DNA of 64,000 nt from an uncultured Chitinophagaceae bacterium (GCA_964502525.1 CAZCXH010000004.1:45-64044), one strand, 5' to 3'. Counted from the stretch's first letter, positions 36,104 to 46,592 are shown. Notes: a model not told the origin generated them from the sequence alone. Program-made: numbers and translations.

Positions 36104-36586
36104 ATGAGCGCTTTTGAAGAATCGGCTGACATTGTATTCACGCTGTTTCAAAAGCACGGTGTCAGATATTTGCTGGTTGGCGGACTTGCGGTTAACTATT
36201 ATGGAGTGGCGCGCGCGACAGGTGTTATTGACTTGTGGATTGAAGATACAGAAGAAAACAGGAAGAAACTGATCAGCGCGCTGAAGGAATTCGGCATTGA
36301 AGGGATAGATGCGCTTATGCATATTCCACTCATTGCCGGCTACTCTGAAATTCTGCTCAATGACGGTTTGTATCTTGACCTGATGCGGGAACTTCAATTC
36401 ATCAAGGCAAATGAATTTGGAGCAAGTTATGCCAATGCCACAGATTTTAGAATAAAAAAGAATACTATTGTGAAAATCATCAGCATGGAACAACTGATCA
36501 ATGAGAAATCCAAATCAACCCGAGCGAAAGATAAAGAGGATGCCCGTTTGCTTAAAATTTTGAACGAACAGAATAACGGCAGGTAA
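36104..36586 (+). CDS. nucleotidyltransferase-fold-like hypothetical protein
   Basis: ..HGVRYLLVGGLAVNYYGVARATGVIDLWIE.. resembles uncharacterised NTase-fold families (tentative). The stop overlaps the transketolase start (TAATG). The antisense 185-aa ORF (35936-36493) looks non-protein-like. Confidence 0.45.
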   Translation: MSAFEESADIVFTLFQKHGVRYLLVGGLAVNYYGVARATGVIDLWIEDTEENRKKLISALKEFGIEGIDALMHIPLIAGYSEILLNDGLYLDLMRELQFIKANEFGASYANATDFRIKKNTIVKIISMEQLINEKSKSTRAKDKEDARLLKILNEQNNGR

Positions 36587-37443
36587 TGAATCAAGAAACT
36601 CTTCAACGCCTCCAATCCCTCGCCTTGCATGTCCGCGAACACATCCTGCGCATGTCCACCGATGGCGGTTGTTTTACAGGCGCATCGTTATCTTGTACAG
36701 ATATGATCGTCTATCTCTATGCTGATTTTCTGAACCTTAATAAGAACAATCTGAAAGATCCAAACCGCGATTACCTGTTTCTGTCGAAAGGACATGATGT
36801 GCCCGCACTTTATGGAACGCTGGTGGAATTGGGCTTCATTGAAAAAGAAAGATTGAAAAATCATCTCAAATCAAACGACCACATCTACTGGCATCCCAAC
36901 GTCAATATTCCCGGAATTGAATTTCATTCCGGCTCGCTCGGACATTTGCCCGCTGTAGCACTGGGTGTTGCGCTTGATTGCAAGATGAGAAAAACAAACA
37001 ACCGCGTCATCGTCATCACCGGTGATGGCGAATTGAATGAAGGCTCCGTGTGGGAGGCAGTGCTCGTTGCCGCATCGAAAAATTTAAACAACCTGACTTT
37101 TGTTGTTGACAGAAATGAATTCCAGGCGAATATCCGTACGGAAGAATTACTCCCGCTCGAACCGATTGACGAAAAATTCAAAGCGTTCCACTGGGAAGTG
37201 AAGCGGATCAACGGACATGACTTTAATGAATTGGAAAGAGCGTTTTCGGCTTTGCCGTTGAGTTCTGAAAAACCAAGCGTGATTATTGCAGACACCGTTC
37301 GCGGCAAGGGAGTTCCGAGCATTGAGAAGCGCGCTGACAGGTGGTTCTGCAATTTCAAACATGAGGAAGTGGAGGAATTGATTAAAGAATTGCACGGTGT
37401 GGCAAAAGCTGAATTGAAATCGGAAACTTTGGTTGTGAGATGA
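36586..37443 (+). CDS. transketolase, N-terminal (TPP pyrophosphate-binding) subunit
   Basis: ..LSKGHDVPALYGTL.., GSLGHLPAVALGVAL, VIVITGDGELNEGSVWEA. 285 aa, as in split transketolases. Confidence 0.9.
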   Translation: MNQETLQRLQSLALHVREHILRMSTDGGCFTGASLSCTDMIVYLYADFLNLNKNNLKDPNRDYLFLSKGHDVPALYGTLVELGFIEKERLKNHLKSNDHIYWHPNVNIPGIEFHSGSLGHLPAVALGVALDCKMRKTNNRVIVITGDGELNEGSVWEAVLVAASKNLNNLTFVVDRNEFQANIRTEELLPLEPIDEKFKAFHWEVKRINGHDFNELERAFSALPLSSEKPSVIIADTVRGKGVPSIEKRADRWFCNFKHEEVEELIKELHGVAKAELKSETLVVR

Positions 37444-37484
37444 CCCGGCATCGAAATAGCTATATTTGATTGTATTTCAATAAC

Positions 37485-37724
37485 ATGTCAGCAACTGAAA
37501 AACTCCGCAATAATCTGATTGACAAGATTCTTTCCATCAACGACAAGGAGATTCTTTCTGCGGTTGATAAATTGCTCGAATCAACAATAAAATCAGAGGA
37601 TAAAATAAAGCTTTCAAAGGAGCAAAGATTGATTATTGAGGCAGGGATGAGAGACATAAAAAAAGGTAAATTGATTGATGATGCGCAGTTGAATAAAGAC
37701 GAAGATGAATGGCTCGCAAAGTAG
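37485..37724 (+). CDS. putative antitoxin of a ParE/RelE-type TA pair
   Basis: Small helical protein (..KLSKEQRLIIEAGMRDIKKGKLIDD..) overlapping the toxin start by 16 nt. Its layout is similar to 61483-61731. Confidence 0.5.
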   Translation: MSATEKLRNNLIDKILSINDKEILSAVDKLLESTIKSEDKIKLSKEQRLIIEAGMRDIKKGKLIDDAQLNKDEDEWLAK

Positions 37725-38014
37725 TTTGGACGTTCACCGCCAGAAACCAGAGAAAGGAAATTCTTGAATACTGGATTAAACGAACCGGAGGTAAACGATA
37801 TAGCCGAAAGCTGTCAATGGCTTTTCGCAAAAAGGCGCAGCTCGTTCTGAACTTTAAGCATATTGGACGGCTCACCGAATTTGAGGCAATAAGGGTTACT
37901 TCTTCCGGACATTATAATTTTTACTACACCATACACGGAGAGTCAATAATTATTGTTTGCTTGTGGGATAGCCGCAGAAATCCCAATGATCTCCTGAAAA
38001 TTTTGAAGAGGTAG
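37709..38014 (+). CDS. RelE/ParE-family toxin
   Basis: 101 aa. VVWTFTARNQRKEILEYW.., ..HIGRL..., YNFYYTIHGESIIIVCLWDSRRNP follow the ParE/RelE (PF05016) pattern. Confidence 0.75.
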   Translation: MARKVVWTFTARNQRKEILEYWIKRTGGKRYSRKLSMAFRKKAQLVLNFKHIGRLTEFEAIRVTSSGHYNFYYTIHGESIIIVCLWDSRRNPNDLLKILKR

Positions 38015-38015
38015 C

Positions 38016-38915
38016 ATGAATTACGAAACCCTCATTAAAGAAACTGCTCTCGCTGACGAACGCTTTGTGGTGATGACGGCTGAGAACCGCGCACTCATCC
38101 GCAACCTTCCGCAGGTCTTAAATGGAAGATTCATTGACACGGGTATTACCGAACAGTGCATGGTGGGCATGGCAGCAGGACTTGCATTGCGAGGCAGAAT
38201 TCCCATCGTTCATGCGCTCGCCACATTTCTTACGTTAAGAGCTTTTGAGTTTATCCGCACAGATGTCGGAATCGCAAAACTTCCAGTAAAGCTTACCTCA
38301 TTTGTGCCGGGATTTCTTTCCGATGGAAACGGTCCTACACACCAGGCGATTGAAGATGTTTCCCTCATGCGCGGCATTCCGGGGATGCAGGTTTTTTGTC
38401 CGGCTGACGAACAAGACATGTTGCTGATGTTGCCGAAAATATGGGCTTCACCGCATCCGTCCTATGTCCGGGCAACGACAAGACCTGCAACTTATCAGCA
38501 CTCAAAAGATTTTGAAATCGGAAAGGCTGAAGTGATTTCCGAAGGGAAAGACCTGACGATTCTCGTTTACGGAATGTTGCTTGAACAAGCGATCACGGCA
38601 AAAGACCTTCTGGAGAAAAAAGGATTGTCTGTCGGTTTGGTGAGTATGCGCTCTTTAAAACCTGTTGATGAAAATGTTTTGCTGAAAGCTGCGAAGCAAA
38701 GCAAATGGCTTATTACGATTGAAGATCATTTTCAAACCGGAGGGCTTTACTCGATTCTCGCGGAAGTGCTGCTTCAGAATAAACTCACCGCCAATGTTTT
38801 CCCCATCGCACTGAAAGAAAAATGGTACAAGCCGGGATTGTTGTCTGAAGTGTTGGAATATGAAGGATTTACCGGAAAGCACCTCACCCGAAGGATTTTG
38901 GAACATTGCAAATAA
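38016..38915 (+). CDS. transketolase, C-terminal (pyrimidine-binding) subunit
   Basis: ..FIDTGITEQCMVGMAAGLAL.G.IP.., GPTHQAIEDVSLMRGIPGM.VF.PAD. 299 aa. Confidence 0.9.
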   Translation: MNYETLIKETALADERFVVMTAENRALIRNLPQVLNGRFIDTGITEQCMVGMAAGLALRGRIPIVHALATFLTLRAFEFIRTDVGIAKLPVKLTSFVPGFLSDGNGPTHQAIEDVSLMRGIPGMQVFCPADEQDMLLMLPKIWASPHPSYVRATTRPATYQHSKDFEIGKAEVISEGKDLTILVYGMLLEQAITAKDLLEKKGLSVGLVSMRSLKPVDENVLLKAAKQSKWLITIEDHFQTGGLYSILAEVLLQNKLTANVFPIALKEKWYKPGLLSEVLEYEGFTGKHLTRRILEHCK

Positions 38916-39287
38916 TCAAGCTGCCTGGGAATAAATTTTCAAACCAATCACTCCCGCAAGTATCAGCAGGATGAAAAACAGCTGTTGCAATGAATAAGGT
39001 TGTTTGAATACCATGATGTCAATCACTTTGGTGGCTGCCATCGCCACCCCCACCCAGACGGCAAATGCCGTTGATGCAGGAATTTTTCGCATCGCAAGCG
39101 AAAAGAAAATGATGTTCAGCACTCCGAAGACAATATAACACAGTACCGGCAACAGCTTCATGTATTCCTGCCCGGAAAAAAAAACACCCCACTCGATGGA
39201 TTTGATCTTCCTGAAGTCAATGTATTTGAGCGAATACAGCCAGCAGACTTCGAGACATGAAGCAATAAGCAGATACAGCCAGTGCAT
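38916..39287 (-). CDS. SMR/DMT-superfamily small multidrug-resistance-like transporter
   Basis: MHWLYLLIASCLEVCW (conserved TM1 Glu), ..IPASTAFAVWVGVAMAATKVIDIMVF.., ..ILLILAGVIGLKI. The start is taken at MHWLY. Confidence 0.72.
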   Translation of the reverse strand: MHWLYLLIASCLEVCWLYSLKYIDFRKIKSIEWGVFFSGQEYMKLLPVLCYIVFGVLNIIFFSLAMRKIPASTAFAVWVGVAMAATKVIDIMVFKQPYSLQQLFFILLILAGVIGLKIYSQAA

Positions 39288-39391
39288 GCGGTAAAAATAC
39301 AAAATCACCCTGCGGAAAAAATGTGCAGTTCCATCCAATGACATTTCAACCGAAAAGCTTAAGTTTAATAAAACACCTAATACCTTAAAAA

Positions 39392-40825
39392 ATGAAAGTA
39401 AGAATATTTCTGCTTTTTGCTCTGATAGGACAGTTCCTATTGGTCAGTGCCACCCATAATATAGGAGGCTTCATTACTTATCGTTACATTTCTTACCTCA
39501 CTTATGAGGCAACAGTAACCACATTCACGAAGGCATCATCAACTGCATCGGATCGGGATACAATTACTTTAGATTGGGGTGATGGAACGACTGAGAATAT
39601 TTCAAGAGGCAATGGACCAATAGGTGGCACAGGAGTCCCGTTAGGTGAAGTCATCCCCGGAGGTGATGTTAAAATAAATATCTACAAATCAGCTACACAT
39701 ACTTATGCTTCACCCTGCGATTATTTCATCTCGGTTTCAGATCCTAATCGAATATCGAATATAATTAACTTCAATGGCGGAAACTCCGTCAATATTCCCT
39801 TCTATATTGAGGCATTGATAAGAGGTGAAACGGGGAATAGCTGTAGTAATTCGGGCGCAGTCCTTTTATCCAACCCCATAACATACGCAAACATCAACGA
39901 TACTTTCAGATTCAATCCAACCATCATGGATCCGGATGGAGACAGCTTGTATTTTGAATTAATACCTCCAATGCAGTCGCATCAATATCAAGTTCCCAAT
40001 TACCAATATCCTGATGAGGTTCCAGGCAACAATGACCTTTTTTCCATCAATCACACCTCGGGCGAAATAACATGGCTCACTCCTCAAAGGACTGGAATAT
40101 ACAGCATCGCGGTCAGGGCAATTGAATTCAAGAACGGACTTTCTTATGGCTCAACGGTATTCGACCTGCAAATTTTTGTTGAAGATGCGAATGTGAATCC
40201 ACCTTCATTTAACGTCAATTGGCTGCCGGATGTTAATGGGAATTATTCATTTACGGTCAACCCGGGAGATACGGTGCAACTTGGTTTTTCAGCCATATCC
40301 AATACGATTGAAGCTTTGGGAGAATTATTCCATTTGTCTCAACTGCCCCTGTTTTCTGTAAGCGGCACAACTCCATCATTAAGCGCATCATTGGTTTGGA
40401 TTCCCGATTCATCCCACTCCCGGTTATATCCTTACATTGCGACTTTCAGGGCGACCAATCAACTGGTCAACCCATGGCAAAAAGACCTTACAGCCTTGAT
40501 TTATGTTACTGGCGGCACACGTTCCAACTGCGCTGCTCCCGCATGCAGTACATCAGGAATATCGCATTCATCTTTACAGTCATCCGTTTCGGTTTCTCCC
40601 AATCCTTTTTCATCATCTTGCACTATTCGCCTGAACCAACCCGTCAATCAGGATTTGATTTTGAAGCTTTATGATTACACCGGAAAGTATCTGTATTCTC
40701 TTTATTCGTCTAACAGTGAATTTGTCATCAATAAAGGAACGCTCACTAATGGATTACACTTGTTCCAAATCCGTAACGATGACTCCAAAATAATTTCAGC
40801 AGGAAGGGTAATTCTTGGCGAGTAG
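39392..40825 (+). CDS. T9SS type A cargo protein (Ig/cadherin-like domains)
   Basis: Signal peptide. ..MDPDGDSLYFELIPP..INHTSGEITW.P...G.YSIAVRA.E is cadherin-like. The C-terminus (VSPNPFSSSCTIRL......LKLYDYTGK......G.L.NGLHLFQI) follows the Por_Secre_tail (TIGR04183) pattern. Confidence 0.75.
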   Translation: MKVRIFLLFALIGQFLLVSATHNIGGFITYRYISYLTYEATVTTFTKASSTASDRDTITLDWGDGTTENISRGNGPIGGTGVPLGEVIPGGDVKINIYKSATHTYASPCDYFISVSDPNRISNIINFNGGNSVNIPFYIEALIRGETGNSCSNSGAVLLSNPITYANINDTFRFNPTIMDPDGDSLYFELIPPMQSHQYQVPNYQYPDEVPGNNDLFSINHTSGEITWLTPQRTGIYSIAVRAIEFKNGLSYGSTVFDLQIFVEDANVNPPSFNVNWLPDVNGNYSFTVNPGDTVQLGFSAISNTIEALGELFHLSQLPLFSVSGTTPSLSASLVWIPDSSHSRLYPYIATFRATNQLVNPWQKDLTALIYVTGGTRSNCAAPACSTSGISHSSLQSSVSVSPNPFSSSCTIRLNQPVNQDLILKLYDYTGKYLYSLYSSNSEFVINKGTLTNGLHLFQIRNDDSKIISAGRVILGE

Positions 40826-40834
40826 CATTTCAAA

Positions 40835-40869
40835 ATCATCGAATCACCGAATTACCGAATCAGCACATC
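40835..40869. repeat. short dispersed motif ATCATCGAATCA..CGAATCAGCACATC (copy 3)
   Basis: Starts 10 nt after the stop of 39392-40825. Confidence 0.4.
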
Positions 40870-40988
40870 ATTCAGCTTCCTCCCCTTCCGGCACACGCTG
40901 ATATTTTGCATTGGCTTCAGATGCGGACATTTAGACCTGCAACCATTTAAGCGTTTTTGCGTATTGTTCCGCTAAGAGTTCTATCTCT

Positions 40989-43900
40989 ATGCCTACCCAG
41001 CCAAAGATGAGCGCCTTTTCACGGGCATTTTTATACTTCATTGCGCTGCTGCCTGCCGTGCTGCACGCTCAAACCCCTCCCACGCTGGTTTTTCCCAAGA
41101 ACAATATCGTTACATCCTCCACCAACATCGCCTTCCAGTGGGATACAGTTGCCGGGGCAACCAGCTTTGACATTCAGTATGACACCACTGCCGCGCTCAA
41201 TGTCTCATCGCAAAACGCGCTTGTCTCATCGTTTTCAGCCACCCTTGCTTCCAATAAGAAATATTATTGGCGGGTGAGAGCGAATACGGCAGGCGGCAGC
41301 ACCGGGTGGTCGCCTGTTTGGTCATTCACCATTTTTTCTCCTTCGGATATTCCAAGAGTGGTTCCCGCGGTTCCCAATCTTGTCACGTGGTATAAGCCGG
41401 ATTACGGCATCCACACGGACGGAACGAACACCTACGTAACCCAGTGGGATGACGCCAGCGGTCAAAACAACCATGCGGTTCAGGCCATGAGCGGTTTTCA
41501 GCCGCTTTATATCAATTCATCATCTGTTATAAACGGTTATCCGCTGGTGCGTTTTCCGGGGCTGAAGCAATATCTCGACTTTACCATCAGGTTGAACTCG
41601 GTGGAAACTGTCTTCTGGGTGATCATGGAGGATCCTGCGGCAACCCAGCTTTACCGCGTTCTTCTGGGCGACTGGGACAATGAGCCTCACTTCGGCAGAG
41701 GATGCTGCACGGGAGGTTATCCGGGCCCCGACAAATATATATATGATGATTTATATCCGATGGCGAATGATTACGCCATGAACGGGACAACAAGGGTGAA
41801 TGGAACCATCGTGGATGCCATCGCAACGAATGTTCCCACCACCATGTCAATCATCAGCACCAAGACAACAGGCAATTGCCAGGCTGAAAATTTTTCCAAT
41901 GACAGAAACTTCATTGAAAGTGGCGGCAGATACAGGGTTTGGTGGGGCGACCTCGCTGAACTGATTATCTTCAATGACCCGCTCACCACGGCTCAGATTT
42001 CGCTGGTGGAGGAATATCTGCGGAACAAGTATGCTCCCGCAGTGAATCTCGGCAAGAATATAATCAGCAAGTACAAGCTTTGCGATACCGTCACCTTATC
42101 CGTTGGTCATTATAAAACGGTAACGTGGTGGAACGGAGCAACCACCGCTTCGGTGCAGGTGTCAGCGCCAGGCACCTACTGGGTGACGGTGAAAGACCAA
42201 TTCGACCGGTTCACTTCAGATACCATAAAAGTGGAATTTGTAAGGCCGCAGGTGATTCAGTCCGGCTCGGTTTGCCATGGCGATTCCATCGTTTGGAATA
42301 CCGGCTTGGGCAACGACTATGCATTCGAATGGCAGGACGACAGCACGGACTCAAGCTACGTCATTAAAGAAACAGGCGATTATTGGGTGAAAGTGACCGA
42401 CAGCACGGGATGCGTCTATCAAACCTCTGCAGTGCATATTACCGTTGACACATTCCCGATGATTGCCGATCTCGGAGCGGATACGCTCATCTGTCAGGGG
42501 CAGAGCATCGGGCTGGCGAGCGGTGCGAACCTTGCTTCGGATTACCACTGGAGCACCGGAGAAACCGACCCGGAAATCAGCATCAGCACATCGGGAACAT
42601 ATTCGCTTACAGTTTCCAATGGCCATGGCTGTTCGGCAGTTGACTCAATATATGTTGACGTTGGCGCCAATGCTCCCGTTTCCAATTTCAGCGCTGTCAC
42701 TGTCTGCTACGGAGAGTTAACTTCATTCACTGACCAATCAACCATTGCGCCTCCCAACAGCATTGTTTCATGGCTTTGGAGTTTTGGAGATGGCAGCACC
42801 GATACTGTTCCCAATGCAACGCATGCTTATGGTGCTCCAGGAACATATGCAGTGACGCTGAAGACTACTGCCGACAACTTGTGCATTAATGTGAAGACGA
42901 AAACGGTAAAAGTTCATGCCTTGCCTCAACCTTTGTTTTACGATTCCGTGGCCTGTGTCAACATGAACGTCACATTTGAAGATGCGACTACCGTTGAGCA
43001 AGGAGCCGCAATTGCCAATTGGTTCTGGAATTTCGGAGATAACTCGGCTGCGATACAACAAAACCCCGTTCACCAGTTTTATTCGATTGATACATTCAAT
43101 GTGTCGCTCACGGTCACCGATTCACGCGGTTGCTCGAGTTCTTATTCCCGCCAGGTGGAGTCAGTTCCCTCTCCTGCTCTGCCTCCCTCTCCCAACCTGC
43201 TTCTGCCTTTGCATGAGGTTACGCTTTCCGAGCCTTCCGTATTGCTTGATTGGCAACCCGCAACCGGAGCGCTTTACTACTCAGTGCAGATTGCAACCAA
43301 TGCTTCATTCACAAATATCATCCGCCATTTTCAGGATTTAGAAAGCGATTCGCTGGTAGTCACCGGACTTGCTTCTGGTCAAAAGTATTACTGGAGGGTG
43401 CGCGCCCATAACATGTGCGGTGACTACGCTCCTTCAGGCATCAGAAATTTCAGTCTGTTCACACCGGATATTATGCCGGGTTTGTGCGCATGGTTCAGCG
43501 CTGACAGGAATGTTTCGAATGATCTTAATGGCAACGTGGATACGCTTTTCGATGGCGGTTCTGCAGGAAACAACGCCATTCAGTCCAATGCGCTCAGGCG
43601 TCCGGAACTTGTTCTTAATGTTCCGGAACTTAGCGGGAAGCCGGTGATGCGGTTTGACGGGCACGATGATTTTCTTAAATTCAACATGATCAGCACTATC
43701 AGAACAATATTCTGGGTGGTGAAGGAAGACTCGAATGCAACGCCATTTTACCGGTCGCTGCTGGGAACATCACCCAACGGCTCGCAGCCGGATTTCACAA
43801 GGGGATGCTGCGATGACGGATACCCGGGCACCCAGAAATACATTTACGATAATGATTATGCCTCAACCAATGTGATAACGGGTGTTACCCGCCTTAACGG

Positions 43901-46592
43901 TACCGTTATCAATCCGCTTCAGACGGATGTTCCCACAAGATATTCCATCATCTCCACTAAAACCAATGGTGATACCAGGGGAGATTGCTTTTCATGCGAC
44001 CGTCCGTTTGAATATGTAAATGACCAGCGTTATTGGCATGGCGATCTTGCGGAGTTGATAATATTCTGCGAACCGTTGTCTGATTCCCTGATTAATGTTG
44101 TTGAAAAATATTTGAAGGATAAATATGCCCCGCCTGTTTATCTCGGTCCAGATGTGATTCTCGAATACGGATTGTGCGCACCGACCGTGCTTAATGCGGG
44201 CGACAGATTTGTTTCTTACCAGTGGTCAACGGGAGAAACAACTTCCAGCATCGAGGTGAACGGTCCGGGAACTTACTGGGTGGTGGCGAGGGACCTTTTC
44301 GGCAACGCTTCCTATGACGAGGTGTCCATAACAGGGGGATTGAATATGATAACCTTTGCCGATACGCTGAACATTTGCCTGGGAGACACGGTTATCTGGG
44401 ATACGGAACTCGGAAATGATTATTCATTTCAGTGGCAGGACGGCTATAGCGGAAGCCTTTATGCGCTGCACGACACAGGATACTATTGGGTTACGGTTAC
44501 GGACTCTTTCAACTGTTCGGTAACGACAGACACCGTTTACGTCAGGATTGACTCATTCAGCGTGCAGGCAAAGCTTGGTGCTGACACCAATTTGTGTTCC
44601 GGAAACAGCATCAGCCTCCTCGAAGGTCAGGGCGATGCAATTCAATACCATTGGAATAATGGCTCGGCAGAACCGTCAATTATTGTAAATCAATCAGGCA
44701 ATTATTCAGTGACTGTTGCAAACGCCAACTCTTGCATTGCCCATGATACTGTCAGCGTGACAATTGTTGGTGTCGCTCCCAATGCTGATTTTGTTTTCAC
44801 CGATGTATGCTTGAACGATACTACTCTTTTCAGAGACCAATCAAATTCACCGATGCTAACCTCGTGGACCTGGAATTTTGGAGATGGCGCAGCCGCCACC
44901 TCGCAAAATGCCGCGCACGTTTATCAAAGCCCGGGAACGTATAATGTAAAAATTACAGTCATTGATTCCATCGGGTGCGCTCAGTCCGCTGCAAAGCCGG
45001 TAACCATATATCCGCTGCCGGCTGCCAGCTTCTATCATGACCTTGTGAATTGTGCAAAAGATGAAGTGCATTTCTTCGATACGTCAACCGTTGCGCCAGG
45101 TCAAACTATTGTGAGTTGGTCATGGACGCTCGGTGACGGAGACTATGTTGCAGAAAGGCATCCTGTTCATGTTTATCAGGAAAAGGGGGTGTACCCGGTG
45201 AGCATTAAAGTGACAACTGACAAAGGATGCAGCAGCCTTGCATACAAGCCGGTGGAGGTCTATCCCGAACTGGCAGCAGGCATCAGGGCTGAAAATCTCT
45301 GCATGGACAAGACTGCCAATTTCTTTGACAATTCTCCCGGTTTTTCAAACGTGTCATGGTATTGGAATTTCGGTGATAACATCGGTTATTCCTATAAAGA
45401 AAATCCCGCCTACAACTATCCTCATGCCGGCATGTTCATCGTATCGCTCAGGGTTGCTAACGCCATCGGATGCGAGCGCACCGTGACCGACACCATCATC
45501 ATTTCTTCGAGTCCTGCCGTGCGGTTTGATACTCCTGACCTTTGCGAGAACGGTTTGTTTCAGTTTATTGACAGTTCGGTTCTTAACCACGGGGATGACG
45601 TCATAGCATGGCAATGGAGCTTCGGTGACGGATCACAGGAAATGACCATCCGCAACCCTGTTCACGCTTATGACAGCGCAGGCTTGTATCCTGTTTCGCT
45701 TGCGGTACGAACGGAGAAGGGATGCGAAAGCTCCGCAACAAAAACCATTGCAGTGTTGGAGCCACCTCTCGCAGATTTCAGCTTTTCGCCAACCTACGGA
45801 GCCGCGCCTATCACGGTGCATTTCACCAACCAATCCGAAAGGGCTTCTGCGTACGAATGGAACTTTGGTGATAATTCCACATCAAGCGAAGCCAATCCGG
45901 CTCATACCTATGAGCAAAATGCCACCGTGGACATTTCACTTATTGCTTCCAATCTTCCGGGATGCAGCGACACGGCCACCAAAACATTCAAAATCGCGGC
46001 CGCAACGGTTGATATCGCCATTGAAAAAGTGATAATAGAAAAATCATACAATGACGATTGCAGCTATGTTTTAACAATGGGAGCCTACGTGCAGAATGTC
46101 GGCACCCGTGACGTCACCGGCTTTGACATTTTCGCTTCCAACTCTGAGGGGGGGACTATCATCGAGCATTGGGAAGGTGAATTCAACCAGCGGCAAGTCA
46201 CTTACCAGTTCAACGCAGACTTCCAGATCTCCGATTGCGAACAAGACGCAGTGATATGCATGGAGGTGATGAACCCCAATGGAGAGAACGACATTAACCT
46301 GCAGAACAACCGCTCATGCGTTACCCTCAGCAGCGAGCCTGTGATTATCGGACCGTATCCGAACCCCGCCAAGGAATATGTGAACCTCGACATCATTTTG
46401 CCTTCATCCGGACACCTGAGAATTTATAACTACAATGCCTCAGGCAACAAACTCAAAATGATGACTGACGGTGACCGCAGCAAAGGCTATCACCGCATCT
46501 CCATGGAAACCGGCAACCTTGCACCGGGAGTCTATATGCTCAGGGTTGAGTTCAAGGACTATGATCGCATTGTGAAATACCTGATACGGTAA
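40989..46592 (+). CDS. giant T9SS type A cargo protein, paralog 1: 2x[FN3-like + LamG-like + Ig-like] + ~7 PKD + CARDB-like + CTD
   Basis: Signal peptide. Twice: P.L..PKNN..W....GA..Y.IQ......KKYYWRVRA, then W.GDLAELIIF..PL....I..VE.YL..KYAP (LamG_3-like). Multiple W.W.FGDG......P.H.Y...G.Y.V.L PKD units. The C-terminus is IGPYPNPAKEYVNLDI...GVYMLRVEF. Confidence 0.85.
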   Translation: MPTQPKMSAFSRAFLYFIALLPAVLHAQTPPTLVFPKNNIVTSSTNIAFQWDTVAGATSFDIQYDTTAALNVSSQNALVSSFSATLASNKKYYWRVRANTAGGSTGWSPVWSFTIFSPSDIPRVVPAVPNLVTWYKPDYGIHTDGTNTYVTQWDDASGQNNHAVQAMSGFQPLYINSSSVINGYPLVRFPGLKQYLDFTIRLNSVETVFWVIMEDPAATQLYRVLLGDWDNEPHFGRGCCTGGYPGPDKYIYDDLYPMANDYAMNGTTRVNGTIVDAIATNVPTTMSIISTKTTGNCQAENFSNDRNFIESGGRYRVWWGDLAELIIFNDPLTTAQISLVEEYLRNKYAPAVNLGKNIISKYKLCDTVTLSVGHYKTVTWWNGATTASVQVSAPGTYWVTVKDQFDRFTSDTIKVEFVRPQVIQSGSVCHGDSIVWNTGLGNDYAFEWQDDSTDSSYVIKETGDYWVKVTDSTGCVYQTSAVHITVDTFPMIADLGADTLICQGQSIGLASGANLASDYHWSTGETDPEISISTSGTYSLTVSNGHGCSAVDSIYVDVGANAPVSNFSAVTVCYGELTSFTDQSTIAPPNSIVSWLWSFGDGSTDTVPNATHAYGAPGTYAVTLKTTADNLCINVKTKTVKVHALPQPLFYDSVACVNMNVTFEDATTVEQGAAIANWFWNFGDNSAAIQQNPVHQFYSIDTFNVSLTVTDSRGCSSSYSRQVESVPSPALPPSPNLLLPLHEVTLSEPSVLLDWQPATGALYYSVQIATNASFTNIIRHFQDLESDSLVVTGLASGQKYYWRVRAHNMCGDYAPSGIRNFSLFTPDIMPGLCAWFSADRNVSNDLNGNVDTLFDGGSAGNNAIQSNALRRPELVLNVPELSGKPVMRFDGHDDFLKFNMISTIRTIFWVVKEDSNATPFYRSLLGTSPNGSQPDFTRGCCDDGYPGTQKYIYDNDYASTNVITGVTRLNGTVINPLQTDVPTRYSIISTKTNGDTRGDCFSCDRPFEYVNDQRYWHGDLAELIIFCEPLSDSLINVVEKYLKDKYAPPVYLGPDVILEYGLCAPTVLNAGDRFVSYQWSTGETTSSIEVNGPGTYWVVARDLFGNASYDEVSITGGLNMITFADTLNICLGDTVIWDTELGNDYSFQWQDGYSGSLYALHDTGYYWVTVTDSFNCSVTTDTVYVRIDSFSVQAKLGADTNLCSGNSISLLEGQGDAIQYHWNNGSAEPSIIVNQSGNYSVTVANANSCIAHDTVSVTIVGVAPNADFVFTDVCLNDTTLFRDQSNSPMLTSWTWNFGDGAAATSQNAAHVYQSPGTYNVKITVIDSIGCAQSAAKPVTIYPLPAASFYHDLVNCAKDEVHFFDTSTVAPGQTIVSWSWTLGDGDYVAERHPVHVYQEKGVYPVSIKVTTDKGCSSLAYKPVEVYPELAAGIRAENLCMDKTANFFDNSPGFSNVSWYWNFGDNIGYSYKENPAYNYPHAGMFIVSLRVANAIGCERTVTDTIIISSSPAVRFDTPDLCENGLFQFIDSSVLNHGDDVIAWQWSFGDGSQEMTIRNPVHAYDSAGLYPVSLAVRTEKGCESSATKTIAVLEPPLADFSFSPTYGAAPITVHFTNQSERASAYEWNFGDNSTSSEANPAHTYEQNATVDISLIASNLPGCSDTATKTFKIAAATVDIAIEKVIIEKSYNDDCSYVLTMGAYVQNVGTRDVTGFDIFASNSEGGTIIEHWEGEFNQRQVTYQFNADFQISDCEQDAVICMEVMNPNGENDINLQNNRSCVTLSSEPVIIGPYPNPAKEYVNLDIILPSSGHLRIYNYNASGNKLKMMTDGDRSKGYHRISMETGNLAPGVYMLRVEFKDYDRIVKYLIR

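Noticed and set aside
35936-36493. 185-aa minus-strand ORF overlapping the NTase-fold-like gene, and the small ORF 35883-36107.
   Set aside because: The translations are Cys/Phe/His/Arg-rich and not protein-like. The plus-strand ORF has a plausible globular sequence and fits operon polarity.
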